The notes beneath the pieces were generated by a model, which searched no databases, had not been told where the DNA came from, and saw only the letters and a list, made by a program, of their open reading frames with translations. Shown piece by piece: positions 49,691 through 64,000 of a stretch of DNA of 64,000 nucleotides. Both the position numbers and the translations under genes were made by a program. Position 1 is the first letter of the stretch; each line of letters begins with the position of its first letter. The DNA is from the human T2T-CHM13v2.0 reference genome, Homo sapiens, in NCBI RefSeq assembly GCF_009914755.1, contig NC_060928.1; one strand, 5' to 3'.

Positions 49691-51743
49691 CTAGAATATT
49701 ACCCCCAAAAAAGGCCATTCCAACCTTTCTTTAAATATCTCTAATGACAAAAAAACCTCTGCCTCACAAAATAGCCTTCCCATTTTTGCCAGGCTTGGCT
49801 ATTGTAAAGACTCCCTTTACACTGAATTTGAAATATACTTCTCCTTAATATCCAACTAAAGATTTTAGCTCTGTCCTTTGAGCACCTCCTACCAACGAAG
49901 CAGGCTCCTGTGTTGTTTTCTGTTACTTCTTCTTTAGTAGGAGAATCAGCTGTTAGTGACAGCCTCTGACAGGAAAACAAATAATGCAATCCTCAAAGGT
50001 CATCGGCAAAATTCCCCAGTTTCTCTTGCTTTGAACTTGGAAGGTTCTCGAGCAAGTCCGCACTCCTCCAGAGCATCACCCGTTAACACCCCTGGGAACT
50101 ACTAAATGAAAAAACTAAGGTTGTAGAATTAAAAACACAGTATGAAGATCTACAAGCCTACAAAGTTATCACCAGATATACTTAATAACATATTTTTCCC
50201 CTCTCCTCTTCTTTCAAATAGAGTAAACCCCTTCCTTCCAGTAGCACATGGAAAAGTAGGTAATTTAGGTTCACAAGGCGCAAAGTCTTAAATAACCAGT
50301 AGTTTTCCTGATGTTCTTTGGTCACTCCTTTTCACTTGCTAAATTAAATTTATAAATTGCATAATCCTATTTGTAGTTAAGAAGAACTCCATCTTATAAA
50401 TTAAGCCCCATTTCTAGAATACAGCTTCCTATCATCTCTCTCCTAGCATTAATAAGTCACCATGTCTTGAAGAACACTTATCATCACCAGCTCTCCTGAA
50501 GTAAAATGCAAGATCACTTCAAAAATGGATGAAGTACTGGGGGTGAGGGCAGGAAAGAAGGATTGCTACATCTTCTAGAATCCCCTACAGAGCTCATCCT
50601 TCCAATCACACCACCAAGTTCTGCATCCTCTCTTCACTTTGACTAAACAACTCAGCACAAAGAGGACAGGAATTCTTTATCAAAACAGGTGCAAAGGCAA
50701 TGCTGGCCTGCCCTCTCCACAATTCAAGGCCTTGAGGCCCTCCCTGGCCTGAAGGCTTATTGGTGTCCTCGCTGATGTCCTAAGCCCAAGCAGAAGAGAT
50801 TATGTTCTACAGTTTGTTCATATAACCTCAATCAGGAAGGCAACCCAGAGGATGGTAGAGAATGTGGTTCTGGCCACTAATTCGCTTTAAGGTTTTCCCA
50901 GAGATGACTCAGTGAGTGTTCTTTAAAAAAAGAAAAAAACAAAGAGCACAATGTGTCTGACCTGGATGGGAATTTGTAGAAAGGTAAACAGCTACATAGC
51001 CTAGATTAATGTATACTGCTCCTTCGTTCAGAGTATCACAAGACAACTCTAGCTCATGTAGATGTGTCCAGTACATCAGCCTTCAAAATCTTCTCAAATA
51101 CGCCAGCTTCCTCTTATATTCTCATACAGTCTACTCCTTTATTAAGATGTAGTTGGAGGGGGGACAAAAAGCCAAAAAAAAAGAAAAAAAGCTTTATTCA
51201 ATTGTCTAGGAGAAAAAGGTATAAGGAGAGATATAGAAAGTAGAAAAATAAGAGGACTCAGTTACATTACTTCAAGTTTGTCAAAAAGTAACAGGAAGAC
51301 ATACTCCCAAACTATACACTGAACCTTGCTTTAATTGATTGTAATAAAGACTCAAGTATCAATGTTTTCATCTAGTCATGTGATGTCTAGTTTCAAGAAA
51401 AACTGGGTTGTTCCATACTTATACCCTCATTGGGTGGTAATGACTATTCTAACTTACAAACAAAGGAAAAGAACCACAAAATGTTCGAGGTAGAAGAAAC
51501 TTGGAGATGTTCTCATCACTTTGCAGATGTTTCTGAGGCCCTGACTGCAGCACTTCCCTCTTGAGCCAGTGGACAGGCCAAGGGTCCAGGTTTCCTAACT
51601 CTGGTGCTCTCGACTTTCCATGAGCCTCTCGCAGCGATGCCTACCAAAAGGAATGACACTCACAGGTACACAACGATTGACATTTGTATATGAATAATGA
51701 GGAAAAGCAAAAGCAAAGGTACTTTTTGCCTTTCAGAGTCCTA

Positions 51744-52145
<402 letters not shown>

Positions 52146-53478
52146 GGACACTGAAATCTACAAACATAGAGAATATGTCTGACCCTCTGCTAAACGTGTA
52201 TTTATATGATGCCACAGTTCCTGTACTTATCAAAATACTGTCTTTGTAACCTAAACTAGCTGAAAAGGCACTAAAATAGTTATGTGAGCATTTGTGTCAA
52301 GCAAATGAAATCTATTTCTTGAATAACTACTGTCTGTAAAACCTTGACAGGCATTATAAATTATATCCCAATCCAAAAAGGCAAATATGTTGTCTCTAAC
52401 TCTCTGAACATATTTAGAAAGATAAAATATACCCAAGTGTCGCAGTTAAGAATACAGGATGGCATCAGGAACCATAAGGACTAGCAGGGCAGTGAAAGTT
52501 CAGAGGCAGGGCACATTCAAGTCAGCAAGGGATGAATCTGCAAACACTGGTAGATGAAAAAGATGCTTCATCTCACTGGGGGGAAAACCTATTCAAAGAT
52601 AGCTGCCTGGATTAGCTTTGCCCTGCTGAGCTCCTCACAGCTCCCCCTTTTGCAGGCTCTCTTCTTCCTCCATCTTTAATAGAGTATGAAAAGCTGCAGG
52701 GAAAGGTAGTTATGTGCATTTAAAGAAACAGCAATGACACCAAATGAAATGAACAAGCCATGGAATTTACAAATTCAAACATTAGATATTTTCCGGTACT
52801 CCTGCCAGAATCATGGGACAGACTTAAGCAGCTGCTTTTCAAAGAGCTAACCATTGCGTTAGCCAAAAATGTTGGCCCACAGTTAGTTAAAACAGCTGTT
52901 TTCCCTCTTCTTCACCAAGCAGCAAGATCTCCTTACCTACTCAGCAGTACAAAATCCTTGAAACTGAAATCAAGGCAAAAGAGACGCAAGGCAAAATGTT
53001 TCCTAGAACAAGGATAAGTTAGTAAGCTCCAAAGAAGAAAATTTACTCAAGCAATGAGGAGACTAATCACAGGAAAAATTATTCAAGCAACCTACCCTCT
53101 CTATGGGTATTTCAAGCAAAATACCCATAAAGTTATTTTCAAGGATTATTTTATGGAAAAAATAATTTAAAGATGAATGAAAAATTGATTCCAAATGAAT
53201 GCATTAAAAAATGCATGCTTATCAAATAAGCAAGACTGACAAATCTTTATTTTATTTTATTTTTTTATTATTATTATACTTTAAGTTTTAGGGTACATGT
53301 GCACAATGTGCAGGTTAGTTACATATGTATACATGTGCCATGCTGGTGCGCTGCACCCACTAAACTTGTCATCTATCATTAGGTATATCTCCCAATGCTA
53401 TCCCTCCCCCCTCCCCCCACCCCACAACAGTCCCCAGAGTGTGATGTTCCCCTTCCTGTGTCCATGTGTTCTCATTGT

Positions 53479-57304
<3,826 letters not shown>

Positions 57305-57367
57305 TATGATGTTAATTGGTTATTTTGCTCGTTAGTTGATGCAGTTTCTTCCTAGTCTCCATGGTCT

Positions 57368-58381
57368 TTACATTTTGGCATGATTTTGTAGCAGCTGGTA
57401 CCGGTTGTTCCTTTCCATGTTGAGTGCTTCCTTCAGGAGCTCTTTTAGGGCAGGCCTGGTGGTGACAAAATCTCTCAGCATTTGCTTGTCTGTAAAGTAT
57501 TTTATTTCTCCTACACTTATGAAGCTTAGTTTGGCTGGATATGAAATTCTGGGTTGAAAATTCTTTTCTTTAAGAATGTTGAATATTGGCCCCCACTCTC
57601 TTCTGGCTTGTAGAGTTTCTGCTGAGAGATCCGCTGTTAGTCTGATGGGCTTCCCTTTGTGGGTAACCTGACCTTTCTCTCTGGCTGCCCTTAACATTTT
57701 TTCCTTCATTTCAACTTTGGTGAATCTGACAATTATGTGTCTTGGAGTTGCTCTTCTCGAGGAGTATCTTTGTGGCGTTCTCTGTATTTCCTGAATCTGA
57801 ATGTTGGCCTGCCTTGCTAGATTGGCAAAGTTCTCCTGGATAATATCCTGCAGAGTGTTTTCCAACTTGGTTCCATTCTCCCCGTCACTTTCAGGTACAC
57901 CAGTCAGACGTAGATTTGGTCTTTTCACATAGTCCCATATTTCTTGGAGGCTTTGTTCGTTTCTTTTTATTCTTTTTTCTCTAAACTTCCCTTCTCGCTT
58001 CATTTCATTCATTTCATCTTCCATCACTGATACCCTTTCTTCCAGTTGATCGCATCGGCTCCTGAGGCTTCTGCATTCTTCACGTAGTTCTCGAGCCTTG
58101 GTTTTCAGCTCCATCAGCTCCTTTAAGCACTTCTCTGTATTGGTTATTCTAGTTATACATTCGTCTAAATTCTTTTCAAAGTTTTTAACTTCTTTGCCTT
58201 TGGTTTGAATTTCCTCCTGTAGCTCGTAGTTTGATCGTCTGAAGCCTTCTTCTCTCAACTTGTCAAAGTCATTCTCCGTCCAGCTTTGTTCCATTACTGG
58301 TGAGGAGCTGCGTTCCTTTGGAGGAGGAGAGGTGCTCTGCTTTTTAGAGTTTCCAGTTTTTCTGCTCTGTTTTTTCCCAAT
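57368..58381 (-). pseudogene. L1 ORF1, stop-free but start codon ATG>ATT; 308-aa ORF from a new ATG at 58294
   Basis: Coiled coil, RRM and CTD motifs REKG, ARR, YPAKLS present. Confidence 0.9.
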
Positions 58382-59145
58382 CTTTGCGGTTTTATCTACT
58401 TTTGGTCTTTGATGATGGTGATGTACAGATGGGTTTTTGGTGTGGATGTCCTTTCTGTTTGTTAGTTTTCCTTCTAACAGACAGGACCCTCAGCTGCAGG
58501 TCTGTTGGAGTTTGCTAGAGGTCCACTCCAGACCCTGTAGAAACCACTATTTTTAAGGACTAAGAATACAGAAAAGAAACATAGATATATACATATATAT
58601 AAGTAAATGAATTCACAAGAATTTCACGTTAATTTTTAAATGTTTAATAGCCTTCTTTCTGTCATACACAAGTTAGGGAACTATGGTTGGTCCTTTGATC
58701 TTCAGGAGTAAACTCACTAATTTTAAGTCAAGATATAAATTGAACACTTGAAAAAGCACAAAGATGACAGTATCTCTTTCTAGCCTCAACAGGGGGAAGG
58801 CAGAAAGTGTCCCATAGACAAATTAGTTTAGGCTTTCATATCAAGTTAGCTGAAGTTACTAGACTAAATTAGTTTGTTTTAATAACTACTTTATCCACTT
58901 ACTGCATATACATATATATAACAGATGCCCAATATAGAAATTTAGAAAAGACAGTTACACAGAAGAATAAAATGCAAACCATTTTTAACACTACTACAGA
59001 GATAGCTACTGTTTGCATTAGTTGTTGTTTGTTTACTTGTTTGTTTGTTTTTGAGACAGGGTCTTGCTTTGTCACCCAGGCCAGAATACAGTGGAATAAT
59101 CATAGCTCGCTGCAGCCTTGACCTCCCAGGCTCAAGTAATCCTCC

Positions 59146-60189
<1,044 letters not shown>

Positions 60190-60864
60190 ATCCCACCTCA
60201 GCCTCCGAATACTTGGGACTACAGGCATATACCACCACACATGGCTAATTTTTTTTATTTTTTGTAGAGACAATGTCTGCTCAGGCTGGTTCAAACTTCT
60301 GGCCTCAAGTGATCCTTTGAACTTGGTCTCCCAAAGCGCTAAAGATTACAAGCATGAGCCACCACGCCCAGCCTTGCATTAGTTTTGACCCACCTCATTT
60401 CACACTTAAATTTTAAAAATGAATACATTTTATTTTAAATAAAAATTATATGTACCTTTTTTTATTATGAACTAAGCTTTTTTAAAAATTTTCAGTAACT
60501 CTCACAGTGCCTGCCTCATAGTATATACCAAATAAATACATAAAAGTATCCAGACCACATTAGCTTATTCTTTTATTATTTTTCAATGTTTAAACGTCTA
60601 TTGATATCAGTGATAACTGCTGTCTTCCAGATAAAAATTGAAAAAAAAAATTCTGGAGAAACTCCTAAAGGTAGAACTCTTTTAATGCTCTCATGAGCTT
60701 ACACTCTAATTTTATTACATCAAACAACCAAATTGATAACTATAAAATTAATTAGAAATATAGGAATTACTGCTTAACATGCACAAAGCACATCTTCTTA
60801 ACAGGAAACATATATTTCTCTATGTTAAGTACAAAATATATTACTGTCATAATATTTCAAAAAT

Positions 60865-63800
60865 GAGGGAGGAGCTTCAAGATGGCTGACTAGCGGCATC
60901 TGGTATTTGCCACCTCCACAAAGAAGAACCCCTTCAGATAGATCACCTATCAAAAAACACTGAAATTCAACAGAGAAGTGACAGAAAACACCTAAGGTAA
61001 GGAAGGAGAGAAAAGGAAGGAACCCTGCTTAGCAGGGACCAGCTGAAAGCCTGGAGAGGCTCCCCAATGCTGGGAGAAGGTAAGTGAGTGGCCTCCAGTG
61101 GTCTACATTCCCATTATGGACTCCTGCAATCCTAGCCATGAGAGAGCACCTCCACCCTCGCAGCCCCCAGGACTAGTATAGGGAGCTACAAGATATGCAA
61201 TGGCATTGCTCCAGAGAGGGAGCTCCTAAGCGGTTAAAGCAAGGCACCATTTTGAGAGTCTAGCCCCGAATGGACTGCAGGCTGACTTTGGGCTTAATAG
61301 CCCCTACATCTCCACATTCCTGGAGACTTACTGACATCCCCAAGTGTAGCCAGGCACTGCTGCTGGCTGCTGCCACCAATGCTGAAGCAACTCCACCCCC
61401 TCAGGAGCAGGGCTGCTGCACATTTCAAAACACCCTGTGGAAGGGCTACCCTGCTTATCTCCACTACCTGGAGCGAAAGTGCATGCTCTCCAGTCACCTA
61501 TAGCTACTGCCACTGAAAGCAACCCCATCCTCCCCAGGAGCAGGGCAGCAGCACAGTCACTACTGCCCCCACCCAAGCATTCCACCAGTGGTCTGGATAT
61601 CATCCTATGCCTGCCTACCACAGCCAGCTCCCACATGCACCACTAGAGGGGTCTGAGGACAGGCCTGCCCTGGCTCTACACTCCCACTCAGTGCCTGAGC
61701 AAATGGTCTGGAAGCCTGGGGATGACCCTGCCCCATCCACCACTGTTGGTACCTCAGCACTCCTCCCAGGAGCCTGAGGACAGGCCCACTAAACCTGCAG
61801 CTACTACCACAGCTAACATCTGCCTGCATGTGCCACCTACGGGCCTGGGGACTAGTGTGCCCAGCCTGTTGCAGCCACTGTCAACACCAATGCAGACTTC
61901 TTGGAAACCAGAGGATTGTCCTGCCACTGCTACTGCCATTTCCCATGCCATACCTGCTGTCCAGGGGCCTGAAGACCCAGCCATCCAGACCAGTGGTCTA
62001 CCACTGCCACTGCCAGCACCCAAGCAGGCCAGTCACCTGGAGGCCCAAGATTCATCATGCTTGGACTCACTAACACCAGTGCCAGCATATACTGCACTGA
62101 AGCCCAAGGACAGGCACACTCAGCCTGCTGCTGCCACCAGTGAAGTCCAAGGACTGGCCTTCTTGATGACCCCATCCCCAGCAAAACTTCACTACAGCCT
62201 CCACTAACAACTATACCCTAAGCCACTGAGGAAATCACAAACACCACTGATGCTGTTTACAGCTGAAGAAATCAAACAGAAACTATACTATTGCAAGCAC
62301 TCAAAATCAAAGCAAAAGTGCCCTACCCAAACAATACCACAGATACATCTTCAGGAAAAATTCCTCCCCTATAAAAGAGAATTCAAAAAAATTAGAAGAA
62401 GTGGTTGTTATACCAGATGCGTGGATATAAACATGAGGACACAAGAAACATGCAAAAGCAAGGAAATATGACACTTTCAAAGGAACACAATAATTATCCA
62501 ACAACAGATTCCAATAAAATGTATGAAATCCCATATAAAGAATTCAAAATAAGGAAATTAAAGACATTCATTGAGATGCAAGATAACTCAGAAAAAAAAA
62601 GAAATCAGAAAAACAATTCAAAGTATCAATAAGAAATTTACAAAACAGACAGATATAATAAAAAAGAACCAAACATAAATTCTGGAACTGAAGAATCTAG
62701 TTATTCAACAATAATTAGAGAAAGCAGAAGAAAGAATTTCAGAACTTGAGGACAGATTTTTGGAAGTAAACCAGTCAAACAAAACTTTTTTAAAAGAATA
62801 AAAAAGATTGACAAAAGACTACATGACATATGGAATACCATAAAGTGACTAAATATTCTAATTTTCAGTGTGCCAGAAAGCAAACAGAAAATTACAAAGA
62901 GAGAAAACCTATTTAACAAAATAATAGCTGAAAACTTCCCAAGTCTGGCAAGAGATTTAATATCTAGATAAAAAAATCTCAGAGATTCCCAAACAGATCC
63001 ATTCAATAAGGCCTTCTCCATGGCACATTACAGTCAAACTGTCAAAAGTCAAAGACAAAGAGAGAATTCTAAAATCAGCAAGAGAAAAGCACCTAGTTAC
63101 TTATAAGGAAACCCTCATCACACTAACAGCAGATCAGATTTTTCAGCAAAAACGTCACAGGCCAGGAAAAAATGGAATGATATATTCAAAGTGTTGAAAG
63201 AGAACAGCTCCCAGCCAAGGATGCCATACCCAGCAAATTTATCCTTCATAAATAAAGGACAAATCATCTTTCTAAGACAAGCAAAAGCTGAGGGAATTCA
63301 TCACCACTAGACCAGACCTACAAGAAATGGTTAAGGGAGTTCTACATATGGAAGCAAAAGGACAATATCTACCATCATGAAGATACATAAAAGCATAAAA
63401 CCACTGGTTGAGTAAACACAAATGAGGATCATAAAGGACCCAAATGTTAACACTACAGAAAAACACCAAACCACAGTGATAAACAATAATAGAAACAAAA
63501 AAAGGTATACAAAACAACCAGAAGTCAATTAATAAAATGACAGGAATAAGCCCTCATATATCAATAATAACCTTGAGGGTAAATGAATTAAACTTTCCAC
63601 TTAAAAGATATAAATTGACTGACAGGATTTTTTAAAAACATGACCAAACTATATGCTGCCTACAAGTAGCTCAACTCACCCCTAAAGACATACATGGACT
63701 GAAAGTAAAGGAATGGAAAAATATATTCCATGCAAATGGAAATAAAAATGAGCAGGCATAGCTATATCAACATCAAATAAAACAAAGTTTAAGTCAAAAA

Positions 63801-64000
63801 ACAGTAAAAACAGACAAAAAAGGTCACTATATCATGATAAAATGATCAAATCCACAAGAGAATATAATAATTCTACATATATCTGCACCCAACTTGGAGA
63901 ACCCAGATTCATGAAGCAAATATTACCAAATCTAAAGACAGATAGATTCCAATACAATAATAGTGGGGGATTTCAACATCTTACTCTCAGCATTACACAG
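60865..64000 (+). mobile_element. Old L1 (L1PB/L1MA-age) 5' end: 5'UTR, decayed ORF1, ORF2 start at 63537; continues beyond the window
   Basis: gggaggagcttcaagatggctgactag start; ORF1 relics (IIAENFPSL, YPANLSF); MTGISPHISIITL..N.LN. Confidence 0.88.

Noticed and set aside
50904-50911. Isolated AP-1 (TGACTCA) motif, and similar ones elsewhere
   Set aside because: 7-mers occur by chance several times in 64 kb; cannot call an enhancer from sequence alone
61270-62207. Cluster of Pro/Ala/Thr-rich ORFs on both strands
   Set aside because: GC-rich old L1 5'UTR with internal repeats; low stop density, no domain

Overview
Primate DNA (human or great ape), not microbial. The whole window lies inside the minus-strand lysosomal beta-mannosidase gene MANBA (GH2 family). 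It holds coding exons 6-13, all with GT-AG boundaries and consistent phases, including both catalytic glutamates (E457, E554); exon and residue numbering is from my recollection of the human cDNA. The introns are dense with repeats: about 20 Alus, a sense-oriented 5'-truncated L1PA with a still-open ORF1, an old L1 5' end, L1M/L2/MIR relics, Charlie1, a hAT-Tip100 (Zaphod-like) transposase fossil, MER20/MER1B/MER44/MER58, MLT1, an LTR8 solo LTR and an RPL21 processed pseudogene. The most unexpected signals are: (1) a heavily decayed leucine-rich-repeat (TLR/CD180-like) receptor gene nested in intron 10 and split into two oppositely oriented halves, suggesting an inversion; (2) a 307-bp hairpin whose outer 50 bp are perfectly complementary; (3) several locally templated insertions; (4) one target site used by two successive retrotranspositions. 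TE subfamily names and old-TE boundaries are by eye and approximate.
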